From contig CBDCRW010000006.1 in assembly GCA_965221125.1 (NCBI GenBank), positions 544,001 to 608,000 of the forward strand: a stretch of 64,000 nucleotides of DNA, read 5' to 3'. Under the pieces are notes generated by a model that was not told where the DNA came from, did no database searches, and was given only the letters and a program-made list of their open reading frames with translations. Positions 20,503 through 31,739 of the stretch are shown here, in pieces. Positions within the stretch are counted from its first letter, which is position 1. Every line of letters starts with the position of its first letter. The translations under genes and the position numbers were made by a program. Source of the stretch: Alphaproteobacteria bacterium. Its GTDB lineage: Bacteria; Pseudomonadota; Alphaproteobacteria; UBA828.

Positions 20503-21531
20503 GTGGCGCTCTCCCCCATCACACGGCGGCGCTTCTACAACTTCCGCGCCAACCGGCGGGGCTACATCTCGTTCTGGATCTTCCTGGCGCTCCTCCTCGC
20601 CACGCTGTTCGCGGAGTTCATCGCCAACGACAAGCCCATCGTGCTCAGCTACGACGGCGACCTCCACTTCCCGATCTTCTTCGCCTACGCGGAGACCGAG
20701 TTCGGCGGGGACTTCGAGACCGAGGCGGACTACCGCGACCCCTTCGTCGCCGAGCTGATCGAAGAGAAAGGCTGGATGGTCTGGCCGCTCATTCCCTACA
20801 GCTACCGGACCATCAACTACGACCTGCCGGTGCCCGCGCCCGCGCCGCCGTCCGGCGACAACTGGCTCGGCACCGACGACCAGGGGCGGGACGTGCTCGC
20901 CCGCGTGATCTACGGCTTCCGATTATCGGTCCTCTTCGGGCTGATCCTCACCGTTGCCGCTTCGGTTATCGGCATCGCCGCGGCGGCGGTCCAGGGCTTC
21001 TTCGGCGGCTGGATCGATCTCGCCTTCCAGCGCTTCATCGAGGTCTGGTCGGGTCTGCCGCAGCTCTTCATCCTGATCATCCTCTCCAGCATCATCGAGC
21101 CCAACTTCTGGGTCCTGCTGGTGATCCTGCTGCTGTTCAGCTGGATGGCGCTGGTGGGCGTGGTCCGCGCCGAGTTCCTGCGCGTGCGCAACTTCGACTA
21201 CATCCGCGCGGCGCGGGCGCTCGGCGTCGGCAACACGGCGATCATCTTCCGCCACGGGCTGCCCAACGCGATGGTCTCGGCCGTCACCTTCCTGCCCTTC
21301 ATCCTGGTGGGCTCGATCACCTCGCTCACCTCCCTCGACTTCCTGGGCTTCGGCCTGCCGCCGGGCGAGCCCTCGCTGGGCGAGCTGCTGCGCCAGGGCA
21401 AGGCCAACCTGCAGGCGCCGTGGCTCGGCATCGTGAGCTTCGTGGTGCTCGCGCTCATGCTGAGCCTGCTCATCTTCATCGGGGAAGCCGTGCGCGATGC
21501 CTTCGACCCGCGCAAGCTGGTCGGCCGGTGA
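20503..21531 (+). CDS. yejE: ABC permease YejE
   Basis: FRANRRGY, AEFIANDKP, LGTDDQGRDV, GEAVRDAFDP motifs. Confidence 0.94.
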   Translation: MALSPITRRRFYNFRANRRGYISFWIFLALLLATLFAEFIANDKPIVLSYDGDLHFPIFFAYAETEFGGDFETEADYRDPFVAELIEEKGWMVWPLIPYSYRTINYDLPVPAPAPPSGDNWLGTDDQGRDVLARVIYGFRLSVLFGLILTVAASVIGIAAAAVQGFFGGWIDLAFQRFIEVWSGLPQLFILIILSSIIEPNFWVLLVILLLFSWMALVGVVRAEFLRVRNFDYIRAARALGVGNTAIIFRHGLPNAMVSAVTFLPFILVGSITSLTSLDFLGFGLPPGEPSLGELLRQGKANLQAPWLGIVSFVVLALMLSLLIFIGEAVRDAFDPRKLVGR

Positions 21532-21568
21532 GCGGGCGCGGCGAAAAGCGGCCGGTGAGGCGGGGCGC

Positions 21569-23191
<1,623 letters not shown>

Positions 23192-23209
23192 GCGGGCGGG
23201 CCAGGCGGA

Positions 23210-23587
23210 CTACGCGAGCGCGAACGTCAGGCCTTCGCTCTCGAACAGACGAAAGTCCCGTTCGTTGGTAGTGGCGATGGGCGCGTTCTCGGCAATCGCC
23301 GTCGCTGCAATCGTGCAGTCCACGAACAACCTTCGCCGTCGCCCCGACAGATTGTACAGGTGTGCGGCAATCTCGGCGTGCGCGGGTGTAAAGTCTATGT
23401 GACGGTTGATGATGTCGGTGGCGAACTCCAATTCGGACGGCTCGACAGGTCCGCAGAGGAACTCCATCCAGGCGACCGAGCTGACTACCAGAGTCTTGTC
23501 GGCGTCGAGCCATATGCGCAGGGCACGGTTCTCGGACGTTCCGGATATGAACCCCCGTATCAGAAAGCTCGTATCAAGATGGATCAT
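23210..23587 (-). CDS. vapC: PIN-domain toxin, VapC family
   Basis: MIHLDTSFLI...SSVAWMEFLCGP...VDCTIAATAI...ATTNERDF, carrying the PIN acidic tetrad. Confidence 0.88.
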   Translation of the reverse strand: MIHLDTSFLIRGFISGTSENRALRIWLDADKTLVVSSVAWMEFLCGPVEPSELEFATDIINRHIDFTPAHAEIAAHLYNLSGRRRRLFVDCTIAATAIAENAPIATTNERDFRLFESEGLTFALA

Positions 23588-23867
23588 CGAGGGCGGCAAA
23601 CCGTTCGCCTGAGTATGCGTCGCGTGTGGCCCGGACCTCGCGCTCCCAGGCCGCGAAATCAACGCCCCGCGCCTTCATTGAGGCTTGCAGCTTGTCCAGG
23701 GCAGCCAGCCTCTCTCCCGCGCGCGGGGTCGTTTCCCGTGCCGCGGCGCGGATGGCGCGGCGCACCACCTCGGTCTTCGACACGTCCCAGCGCCGTGCGA
23801 GCGACTCCAGTGTGCGCACTGTCTCGACATCGAGCGAATACGTCGACTTGATCTTGGGTATGGCCAT
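23574..23867 (-). CDS. CopG/RHH antitoxin (VapB-like)
   Basis: KSTYSLDVETVRTLESLARRWDVSKTEVVRRAI RHH motif; overlaps the PIN gene by 14 nt. Confidence 0.85.
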   Translation of the reverse strand: MAIPKIKSTYSLDVETVRTLESLARRWDVSKTEVVRRAIRAAARETTPRAGERLAALDKLQASMKARGVDFAAWEREVRATRDAYSGERFAALDDPS

Positions 23868-23901
23868 ATCTCAATGTATGGCCATACTGCGTTCAGGTCA
23901 A
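23859..23901 (-). promoter_or_regulatory. vapBC promoter with twin palindromic operators
   Basis: Minus-strand TTGACC (23901-23896), 17 nt spacer, TACATT (23878-23873); palindromes TATGGCCATA (23859-23868) and GTATGGCCATAC (23876-23887). Confidence 0.7.
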
Positions 23902-23911
23902 GCCCGTGCCT

Positions 23912-25096
23912 TCACGCCTCCGCGAAATAGCGCTCCAGGACGCCAAGATAAATGTCCGCCAGGCGGTCGATCGCGTCCACGGGCACGCATTCGTCGGTCC
24001 GGTGCATGGTTCGGCTGAGCAGGCCGAACTCGGCGACGGGGCAGTGATCCTTGATGAAGCGCGCGTCCGACGTGCCGCCGGTGGTGCTGAGGGCGGGCGT
24101 CCTGCCCGTCACGGCGGCGACGGAGTCTGCGATGATCGTGCTGAGCCGGCCCGGCGGGGTCAGGAACGCCTCGCCCGAGACTTCGGTCGCAAGCTCGTAG
24201 GGCTCGCCGGTGGCATCGAGGCAGGCGCGGATGGCGCGCTCGAGGCTGGCCCCGGTGTGGCGGTCGTTGAAGCGGACGTTGAAGCGCGCCGCTGCGGCGC
24301 CAGGAATCACGTTCGTCGCCTCGTTGCCGACATCGATCGTGGTGAGCTCCAGCCGGCTCGGCTGAAAGTGCTCGGTCCCCTCGTCGAGCGTCAGCGCGAG
24401 CAGGGCATTCAGCAGCGCGATGAGGCGGGGCAGCGGGTTGTCCGCCAGCAGGGGATAGGCGACGTGCCCCTGCCGACCCGCGACCCGGAGCGTGCCGTTC
24501 AGGCTGCCGCGCCGGCCGATCTTCACCATCTCGCCGAGCTCTTCCGGGTTGGTGGGCTCGCCCACCAGGCAGACATCGAGCGTCTCGCCCTCTGCGCCGA
24601 GCCAGTCGAGCACCTTGCGCGTGCCGTTGACCGCCGGCCCTTCCTCGTCGCCGGTAATCAGCAGGCTGATGGAGCCTGCGCCGGCGCGAGCGGCATCGAG
24701 CCGCGCCACGGCAGCGACGAAGGCGGCGATGGCGCCCTTCATGTCGGAGGCTCCCCGCCCGTAGAGGATGCCGTCCTCGACCTGCGCCGCAAAGGGCTCG
24801 TGGGTCCAGGCCGCGCGCTCGCCAGTCGGCACCACGTCGGTGTGGCCGGCGAAGCAGAAGTTGGGCCGGCCCTCGCCCCGCCGCGCGTAGAGGTTGTCGA
24901 CCGTTGCGGTCCCCGGCTCCTCGAAGGGGAGGCGATGGCAGGTGAAGCCGAGGGTCTCGAGCGCCTCCTGCAGCACGTCAAGCGCCCCGCCGTCCGCCGG
25001 CGTCACGCTCTCGCAGCGGATCAGCGCCTGGGCAAGCCCCAGTGGATGCGCGAGCGTCTTGGCGCTCGCCGATCCGTCCCGGCCCTCGTCGCTCAA
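23912..25096 (-). CDS. dapE: Succinyl-diaminopimelate desuccinylase
   Basis: [44 protein letters not shown] motifs; TTG start overlaps the dapD stop. Confidence 0.96.
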   Translation of the reverse strand: MSDEGRDGSASAKTLAHPLGLAQALIRCESVTPADGGALDVLQEALETLGFTCHRLPFEEPGTATVDNLYARRGEGRPNFCFAGHTDVVPTGERAAWTHEPFAAQVEDGILYGRGASDMKGAIAAFVAAVARLDAARAGAGSISLLITGDEEGPAVNGTRKVLDWLGAEGETLDVCLVGEPTNPEELGEMVKIGRRGSLNGTLRVAGRQGHVAYPLLADNPLPRLIALLNALLALTLDEGTEHFQPSRLELTTIDVGNEATNVIPGAAAARFNVRFNDRHTGASLERAIRACLDATGEPYELATEVSGEAFLTPPGRLSTIIADSVAAVTGRTPALSTTGGTSDARFIKDHCPVAEFGLLSRTMHRTDECVPVDAIDRLADIYLGVLERYFAEA

Positions 25097-25938
25097 TTGC
25101 GGAGCAGCTCGTTGATCGAGGTCTTGGCCCGCGTGCCCGCGTCCACTCGCTTGACGATCACCGCGCAATAGAGGCTGGGGCCGGGAGAGCCGTCGGGCAG
25201 CGGCCGGCCCGGCAGCGAGCCCGGCACCACCACCGCGTAGGAGGGGATGCGCCCGCGATGGACCTCGCCGGTCTCGCGGTCGATGACCCGGGTGGACGCG
25301 CCCACGTAGACGCCCATTGCAAGCACCGCGCCCTGCTCGACGATGACGCCTTCGGCCACCTCGCTGCGGGCGCCGACGAAGCAGTCGTCCTCGATGATCA
25401 CCGGGTTCGCCTGGAGCGGCTCAAGCACGCCGCCGATGCCCGCGCCGCCGGAGATGTGGCAGTTCTTGCCGATCTGCGCGCAGCTCCCCACCGTGGCCCA
25501 GGTGTCGATCATGGTGCCGCTGTCCACGTAGGCGCCGATGTTCACGAACGAGGGCATCAGCACCACGCCTGGCGCGACGTAGGCCGAGCGCCGCACGATG
25601 GCGCTGGGCACCGCGCGGAAGCCGGCTTCCCGGAAGCGCGCCTCGTCCCAGCCGGCGAACTTGGACGGCACCTTGTCGTACCAGCGCGTATCGGCCCCAG
25701 GTCCGCCCGGAATCGTCTCCATGTCCTGCAGGCGGAAGGAGAGCAGCACCGCCTTCTTGAGCCACTGGTTGACGATCCAGCCGTCGCCCTGCTTCTCGGC
25801 AACGCGCGCTTTCCCGGAATCGAGCAGGGCGAGCGCGGCCTCCACCGCTTCCGCCGCGGCGCCGCCGGTCTTGGGCGAGAGCGTCTCGCGCGCCTCCCAG
25901 GCGGCTTCCACCGCGCGCTCCAGGTCTCCCATATTCAC
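25093..25938 (-). CDS. dapD: Tetrahydrodipicolinate N-succinyltransferase
   Basis: [43 protein letters not shown] motifs. Confidence 0.98.
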   Translation of the reverse strand: MNMGDLERAVEAAWEARETLSPKTGGAAAEAVEAALALLDSGKARVAEKQGDGWIVNQWLKKAVLLSFRLQDMETIPGGPGADTRWYDKVPSKFAGWDEARFREAGFRAVPSAIVRRSAYVAPGVVLMPSFVNIGAYVDSGTMIDTWATVGSCAQIGKNCHISGGAGIGGVLEPLQANPVIIEDDCFVGARSEVAEGVIVEQGAVLAMGVYVGASTRVIDRETGEVHRGRIPSYAVVVPGSLPGRPLPDGSPGPSLYCAVIVKRVDAGTRAKTSINELLRN

Positions 25939-25976
25939 TGGCTTCTCCCTTGCTCCACGCTGCGCTCGCCGGTCCC

Positions 25977-26684
25977 TTACGCCGCCGCCGGCGCGAAGAG
26001 CGCGGCGAGCCAGGCGGGAAGATCGTCGGTCACGTAGTCGGGTTCCATGTCGTCGGCGCCGGATGACGCCCAGGCGCTGTCGTTGCGCACCCAGACGGTG
26101 GCCATGCCGCGCGCTGCGGCCGGCGCCAGGTTGCGCAGGATGTCCTCGAAGAAGATGGCGCGCGCGGGGTCTACGTCGTGAACGTCCGCGAGCCGGTCAT
26201 AGGCTTCGGGGAAGGGCTTGGGCACCCAGTCGGCCGCCTCGATATCGTAGATCTCGCTGAAGTGGTGGCCGATGCCGAGCCGCGCCATCACGCGCTCAGC
26301 ATAGGGCGCATCGGCGTTGGTGAAGACCAGCTTGCGGCCGGGAAGCCGCGCCAGCGCCGCCTCCAGCGTGTCGCTCCGCGCGATCGGCGAGAGATCGATG
26401 TCGTGCACGTAGTCGAGAAATGGCGCGGGGTCCATGTCGTGCTTGAGCATGAGGCCGCGCAGCGTCGTGCCGTATTCGCGGAAGTAGCCCTTCTGCAGCC
26501 TGTGGGCCTCCGCGCGGTCGACATCGAAGGCGGTTGCGATGTAGTCGCCGATGCGCTGGCTCACCTGGTCGAAGAGGTGCGAGCTCGACGGATAGAGGGT
26601 GTTGTCGAGGTCGAAAATCCAGGTCTCTATGTGCGCGAGGTCGGCGCCCGTGGGCGCGCTCCGGACGCCTTCGGTCAGTTGCAT
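25977..26684 (-). CDS. Pyrimidine 5'-nucleotidase (HAD family)
   Basis: [33 protein letters not shown] motifs; commonly found upstream of dapD. Confidence 0.9.
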   Translation of the reverse strand: MQLTEGVRSAPTGADLAHIETWIFDLDNTLYPSSSHLFDQVSQRIGDYIATAFDVDRAEAHRLQKGYFREYGTTLRGLMLKHDMDPAPFLDYVHDIDLSPIARSDTLEAALARLPGRKLVFTNADAPYAERVMARLGIGHHFSEIYDIEAADWVPKPFPEAYDRLADVHDVDPARAIFFEDILRNLAPAAARGMATVWVRNDSAWASSGADDMEPDYVTDDLPAWLAALFAPAAA

Positions 26685-27193
26685 TGGCCGTTGGAGCCCT
26701 CCGCACAGACCTTGTTGCCGTCGATCCAGCGCGCGCCGCTGAGGTCCGCCTTGAGAAAATCCGTGCCATCCAGCCGGGCGCCGGTGAAGTCGGCGCCGCG
26801 CAAGTCGGCGCGGAAGAAGCGGGCACGGCGGAGGTCGGCGCCCTCGAACACGGCGCCGGAGAGGTCGGACTTGGTGAAATCGGTGCCGATCAGGCGCGCG
26901 CCGTACCAGTGCGTCTCCACCAGGGTCGCATCGGTGAACTTGGCGCGCCGCGCGTCGACGCCCGAGAAGTCGGCCCGGGTCAGGTCCGAGCGCGCGAAGA
27001 ACCCGTCGCGGAGCGTCGCTCCGGCCAGATCGACATCGACGAAGTTGCGGTTGTCGAGCAGGCAGCGCCGCCAGTCGACGCCCGGCTGCGGTGTGTCGGT
27101 GCAGGCGGCATGCACCGCGGGCGCCGCGAGCGCAAGCATCGCCCCGACCAGCCCCGCCGCTACGACGCCCCTTCGTCTGCTATTGCCGAGCAC
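26675..27193 (-). CDS. Exported pentapeptide-repeat protein
   Basis: Signal-like N-terminus, ACTD..PGVDWRRC, A(D/N)LXX repeats, C-terminal [16 protein letters not shown]; start uncertain (27193 or 27139). Confidence 0.85.
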   Translation of the reverse strand: MLGNSRRRGVVAAGLVGAMLALAAPAVHAACTDTPQPGVDWRRCLLDNRNFVDVDLAGATLRDGFFARSDLTRADFSGVDARRAKFTDATLVETHWYGARLIGTDFTKSDLSGAVFEGADLRRARFFRADLRGADFTGARLDGTDFLKADLSGARWIDGNKVCAEGSNGQCN

Positions 27194-27219
27194 TGCCTGG
27201 ATGTATCCCGATGCGCCGC

Positions 27220-27444
27220 TCAGTCGCCCTTCGGGCCCCGTCTGCCGCCGCCCTCGGGCTCGTCGGCGTCCTGATCGAGACGCTTGCCGTCCAGCACGGC
27301 ATCGCCGCGCGTCCCTTCGGCCTGCGTCACCCGCTTCTCCGTCTTGGTGCGCCCCGACCGCGCGCGGTTGGCCGCGCGCTTCTGCGCTTTCTCGGCCCGT
27401 TCGCGCTTCTTGCGAAACTGATTGAGGTTGACGACATCGCCCAT
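27220..27444 (-). CDS. DUF4169 family protein
   Basis: MGDVVNLNQFRKKRERAEK...AANRARSGRTKTEK. Confidence 0.85.
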   Translation of the reverse strand: MGDVVNLNQFRKKRERAEKAQKRAANRARSGRTKTEKRVTQAEGTRGDAVLDGKRLDQDADEPEGGGRRGPKGD

Positions 27445-27628
27445 GACCAAAGGCCTTTCGGTACGTCGGCAAACGTGGTCTAAGAAACGCGGGGCCTCCC
27501 ATCCGATCCGACCCGTTCGATCGAGAGGCAAGCCTAGACGAAATGAATCGGGCTGTTAACCGGAGTCGACCGGGGCGCCGCCGTTTGAGTCGGGCGCGCG
27601 TCTTCCCCGCTTCGAGGCATGGCCGACG

Positions 27629-30600
27629 GTGAAGTTCGTTTACGCGTTTCTCATCCTTCTGGCTCTCCTCGTCGCTGCGCTCTTCCTCGTGCCGATGCTC
27701 CTCGATTGGGAGCAGTACAAGCCCGAGATCGCGGAGCGCCTGGAGGCCATCACGGGTCGTGACGTCGCGATCGACGGCCCTCTCGCGGTCACCATCCTGC
27801 CGACGCCCACGATCGAGGCCAGCGACCTTCGCATCGCCAACGCGTCGGGGGCGGCCGCTCCCGACATGGCACGGATCGGCTCGCTCGAACTCAAGCTCGC
27901 GTTGGGGCCGCTGCTCGGCGGCGACATCGCCGTCACCAGCCTCGAGATGGTGGACCCTGTGATCGAGCTGCAGCGCCTCGCCGGCGGCCGCCCCAACTGG
28001 CTCCCCGAGGGCGCGCCCGGCCAAGGGACGGACCGGGCGGGCGCGAGCGACGCGGAGGCAGCTGACGCTGAGACAGCGGAGGCGGGGCTGACCAGGATCG
28101 ATTCCGCGACCGTCACGAACGGCACGATCGTCTATCGCCATGCGCCCGGCGCGCCGCCGGAGCGGATCGAGGGGATCGATGCTGCGCTTTCCGCCCGCTC
28201 GCTGGAGGGACCCTACCGGGGAGAGGGCACGCTCGCCGTGCGCGGCAGGTCGATCGCGTTCCAGTTCGCGACGGCCACGGTTCGCGACGACCGCACCGTG
28301 CCGGTCTCGTTCGAGGCAACCTTCGAGGCTGAGCGGGGGAGCGCCCTGTTCGAAGGCACCCTCAAGGGCCTCGACGGGACACCTGCGTTCGACGGCAGCG
28401 TGAAGGCCGGGGCGTCCGACTTCGGCGCCTTGCTGAATGCGCTCGCCGTGGATCTCGGGTCGCTGCCCGCCGCGCCGCTCGCCAGCGCGTTCTCTGCCAA
28501 GGGCAAGCTCAGCCTGAGCGCGGATGCCGTCGCCGCGAGCGAGCTGCAGGTGCGGCTCGGCGAGAGCCAGGCGACGGGTGCGGCCTCGTGGGAAGGCGGC
28601 GACCTGCCGCGGCTGGATTCCGAGATCGACCTCAACCGCATCGACCTGGATCGGTTCCTGCCGGATGCCGGCGAGCCGGAGCCCGCCGGTGCGACTGCTG
28701 GCTCGACCGCTGCGGGGCAGCCCGGCGATGCGGCTGCGCTGGCCTCCCTGCAGACGATTACGGACGATATCCGCCACGCAATTCCCGCGGACATGGACGC
28801 CGACCTCGACCTCACGATCGATGCCCTTACCTGGCGCGCGGGCGTCATTCGTCAGGCCACGGCGCATCTTGCGCTCGCCGACGGCGTGGTTACCCTCGGT
28901 CCGGCCTCGGCGCTGCTGCCGGGCGGCGCCAAGGTCGACCTCGTCGGCCGGCTGAGAACCGCCGGCGACGACCCGTGGATGCAGGGCGTCGCCGAGGTCG
29001 CGGCCGAGGACCTGCGCGCCATCCTCTCCTGGCTCGGCGTCGATGTCGGCGCAGTCCCGGCGGACCGGCTGCGCCGCCTCAGCGCGGTCGCCGATCTCTC
29101 CGCCAGCGGAGACCGGATAGCGGCACGCAACCTCGACATCAGGGTCGATACGACTCGGATCGCCGGCGACGCGTCGGTCGTGACCGGCGAGAGAGCGCTG
29201 GTCGACGCGACCCTCGATGTCGATGCAGTCAACGTGGACGCTTACCTTCCTGTCGATAGTGCCGAGCCGTCAGACAAAACCGCCCCCACGCAGGCGGCCG
29301 GGACCGACGGGGCGGACGATGCACCGTCGGAGGTGGCACAGGCGACGCTGGATCGCGCGGGCAACGATCTCCGGACCGTACTCGACGAGATCGACGCCGA
29401 TGTTGCGCTCAGCGTCGATGCGCTCACTTACGGCGGCATTCGCCTGGCCGGGCTTGAGCTCGATGCCGCCCTCGACGACGGCGACGTTACCGTGCGCCGT
29501 GCGGCGGTCGACGACGCCGCGGGCGCGAGCGTCTCGATCACGGGCGTGACGCGCGCGGTCGCAACGGAGCCGCGCTTCGATCTCGCGGTCGAAGGCGCGG
29601 CAGATTCACTCGAAGGCGTGGCCGCGCTCCTCGACATCGACCCCGACATTCGCACCGAGGCGTTCGGCAAGGCCGCGCTGAGCGGCACGCTTGCGGGCGA
29701 CGAGGAGACGCTGTCGCTCGATCTCACCCTGAACACCGGCTCTGCGGCGGTCTCGCTCGCCGGCAACGTCGACCGGCCGTTCGACGCGCCCGCCGCCGCG
29801 CTGGCGCTCCGGCTCCACGCGGCCGAGGCCGCCTCCTTCGCGCGCTCCGCCGGGCTCACGCCGCCGCCCATCGTCACGCGGCTCGGCGAACTCAAGGTGG
29901 ACGGAGGAATCGGCGGCGATCTCGACTCCGTGGCGCTCAATCTGATCGCCGAGACGGCCGGCGCGACCGTTCTGGTGGGCGGCAAGGTCACGAACCCTCT
30001 CGCGTCGCCGGAATACGCGCTTGATGTGGACATCGCCCACCTGCAGACCGGGACCCTGCTCGAGACCCTGGTCGGCGACGTGGCGAGAGGCGCTGACCTC
30101 GGCGCGCTGCGGATCGGCGGGAAGGTCTCCGGCGACCGGACGGCGGTCAATTTCGTTGATATCGACGCGACGGTCGGCGAGAGCACCCTGGCCGGCGCGG
30201 TCTCCCTGCGCCTCGATCAGGAACCACCGGAATTCACCGCCGACCTTCAAGGCGGCGTGCTCGACCTCGCGTGGTTGGGCGGCGGCCTTGTGGCGTCCGG
30301 CGAGACGGAAGACGACGTGTTGCGTCTGACGAGCGCCGGCGGCGCAGACGAGGATGCGCGGAGACCCGCGCGCTGGTCGGACGAGACCATCGACCTCGCG
30401 GCTCTCGATCGGCTCTCCGGCACGCTCGCGCTCGACGCCGAGGCCCTCGCGCTCGGCGCCCACCGTATCGAGCAGGCCAGCGTCGATCTCGCCGCAGCCG
30501 ACGGGACGCTGACGCTGCGCTCCCTCACGGGCCGGCTCTTCGACGGCACACTGCAAGCCGACGGCAGCCTCACGGGCGGGCCGGCGCCGGGCGGGCAAGT

Positions 30601-31690
30601 GGCGTTTGAGGTCGTCGATGCGGACATGGAGGATTTCTTGGGCGCGGTCGCGGGCCTCGATACGGTCTCGGGCCGCGTCGAGGCCGACGGGTACTTCACC
30701 CTGCGCGGGGATACCGAGCGCGCGATGGTTCAAAGCCTCGCGGGCCGCGTTGCGCTCACGTCCAGCAGCGGGAGCATTGCCGGCGTGGACGTGCCGGCGA
30801 TCAGCCGCCAGATCGACGCGCTCTCCCAGATCGGCGCGCTCGACGATATCCCGAGCTTCATTGAGCGGACGGAGCAGGGCCTCTCCAGCGGGCAGACGGC
30901 GATCCGCTCCCTTGAAGGCGCCGTGCGGGTTCAGGACGGCAAGGCGCGCATCGACGGCCTCAAGGTGGTGGCGGACGGCGGCGTCGGCGATATCAGCGGC
31001 ACCGCCGACCTGCCCGCGTGGCAGCTGGATCTCACGGCGCTGTTCCGGCTAACCGAGCACGCGGATGCACCGCCGGTCGGCATGCGCCTCGAAGGGCCGA
31101 TCGATGCGCCCGAGCGCCGCTACGTGATCGAGGACATGCAGGCATATTTGGTCAAGCTCGGGCTTCTCTCGCTCGCCGGTGCGCCGGACATGCCCAGGAT
31201 CACGCTTCGCAAGGGCGCCAAGGCGGAGCCCGGAACCGAGATGGACAAGCTGCTACGCAACGTGCTCGGCGATCCCGACGAGGCGGAGGACGCCGCGCCG
31301 GCGCAAGAGCCGGTGGAGCCGGAGGAGCGGGCGGAAGACGGCGCGCCGCCCGGCCCAGCCGACACCCGCGAAGAGGACGGGGAGGGAAGCGCCGCGCCCT
31401 CACCCGGCGACAGGCCGGCCGATGGATCGGAGGATGCCGAGACGGTGTTGGCGCCCCTGGATCCTCGGGTGGGCATAGAGCCAGTCGAGGCCGGGCCGAC
31501 GGAAGAGGCCGAGGCGGCGCCGGAGACTGGCGAAGAAGGACCGGACGTGTCACCGCCGGGCGAGGCGGCCCCGTCCGATGCGTCCGTGCCCGAAGAGCTC
31601 GTACCCGAGCCCCCTTCGGCCCCGGAGCGCTACCGGAACGAGAGTCTCCGGGACCTGGTCGACGATCTGCTGAAGTCGCTCGAAGAATAG
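27629..31690 (+). CDS. AsmA family protein (1353 aa)
   Basis: N-terminal TM anchor, DWEQYKPEI...TGRDVAIDGPL...LPTP; repeated beta-rich segments; acidic Pro/Glu-rich C-terminal tail. Confidence 0.88.
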   Translation: MKFVYAFLILLALLVAALFLVPMLLDWEQYKPEIAERLEAITGRDVAIDGPLAVTILPTPTIEASDLRIANASGAAAPDMARIGSLELKLALGPLLGGDIAVTSLEMVDPVIELQRLAGGRPNWLPEGAPGQGTDRAGASDAEAADAETAEAGLTRIDSATVTNGTIVYRHAPGAPPERIEGIDAALSARSLEGPYRGEGTLAVRGRSIAFQFATATVRDDRTVPVSFEATFEAERGSALFEGTLKGLDGTPAFDGSVKAGASDFGALLNALAVDLGSLPAAPLASAFSAKGKLSLSADAVAASELQVRLGESQATGAASWEGGDLPRLDSEIDLNRIDLDRFLPDAGEPEPAGATAGSTAAGQPGDAAALASLQTITDDIRHAIPADMDADLDLTIDALTWRAGVIRQATAHLALADGVVTLGPASALLPGGAKVDLVGRLRTAGDDPWMQGVAEVAAEDLRAILSWLGVDVGAVPADRLRRLSAVADLSASGDRIAARNLDIRVDTTRIAGDASVVTGERALVDATLDVDAVNVDAYLPVDSAEPSDKTAPTQAAGTDGADDAPSEVAQATLDRAGNDLRTVLDEIDADVALSVDALTYGGIRLAGLELDAALDDGDVTVRRAAVDDAAGASVSITGVTRAVATEPRFDLAVEGAADSLEGVAALLDIDPDIRTEAFGKAALSGTLAGDEETLSLDLTLNTGSAAVSLAGNVDRPFDAPAAALALRLHAAEAASFARSAGLTPPPIVTRLGELKVDGGIGGDLDSVALNLIAETAGATVLVGGKVTNPLASPEYALDVDIAHLQTGTLLETLVGDVARGADLGALRIGGKVSGDRTAVNFVDIDATVGESTLAGAVSLRLDQEPPEFTADLQGGVLDLAWLGGGLVASGETEDDVLRLTSAGGADEDARRPARWSDETIDLAALDRLSGTLALDAEALALGAHRIEQASVDLAAADGTLTLRSLTGRLFDGTLQADGSLTGGPAPGGQVAFEVVDADMEDFLGAVAGLDTVSGRVEADGYFTLRGDTERAMVQSLAGRVALTSSSGSIAGVDVPAISRQIDALSQIGALDDIPSFIERTEQGLSSGQTAIRSLEGAVRVQDGKARIDGLKVVADGGVGDISGTADLPAWQLDLTALFRLTEHADAPPVGMRLEGPIDAPERRYVIEDMQAYLVKLGLLSLAGAPDMPRITLRKGAKAEPGTEMDKLLRNVLGDPDEAEDAAPAQEPVEPEERAEDGAPPGPADTREEDGEGSAAPSPGDRPADGSEDAETVLAPLDPRVGIEPVEAGPTEEAEAAPETGEEGPDVSPPGEAAPSDASVPEELVPEPPSAPERYRNESLRDLVDDLLKSLEE

Positions 31691-31699
31691 AAGCGGCTT

Positions 31700-31730
31700 G
31701 GGCCGGCGCCCCGGTCAGGAACGCCGGCCC
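31700..31730. terminator. Hairpin between convergent asmA and degP
   Basis: GGGCCGGCG / CGCCGGCCC 9-bp inverted repeat; no U-tract. Confidence 0.4.
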
Positions 31731-31739
31731 CGCCCGCCC

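Noticed and set aside
27541-27565. CtrA box upstream of asmA
   Set aside because: Only one TTAAC half-site; the partner half-site does not fit TTAA-N7-TTAA.
26675-28867. 730-aa ORF ending in pentapeptide repeats
   Set aside because: The N-terminal extension is antisense to asmA and off-frame over DUF4169; the real gene starts near 27139-27193.
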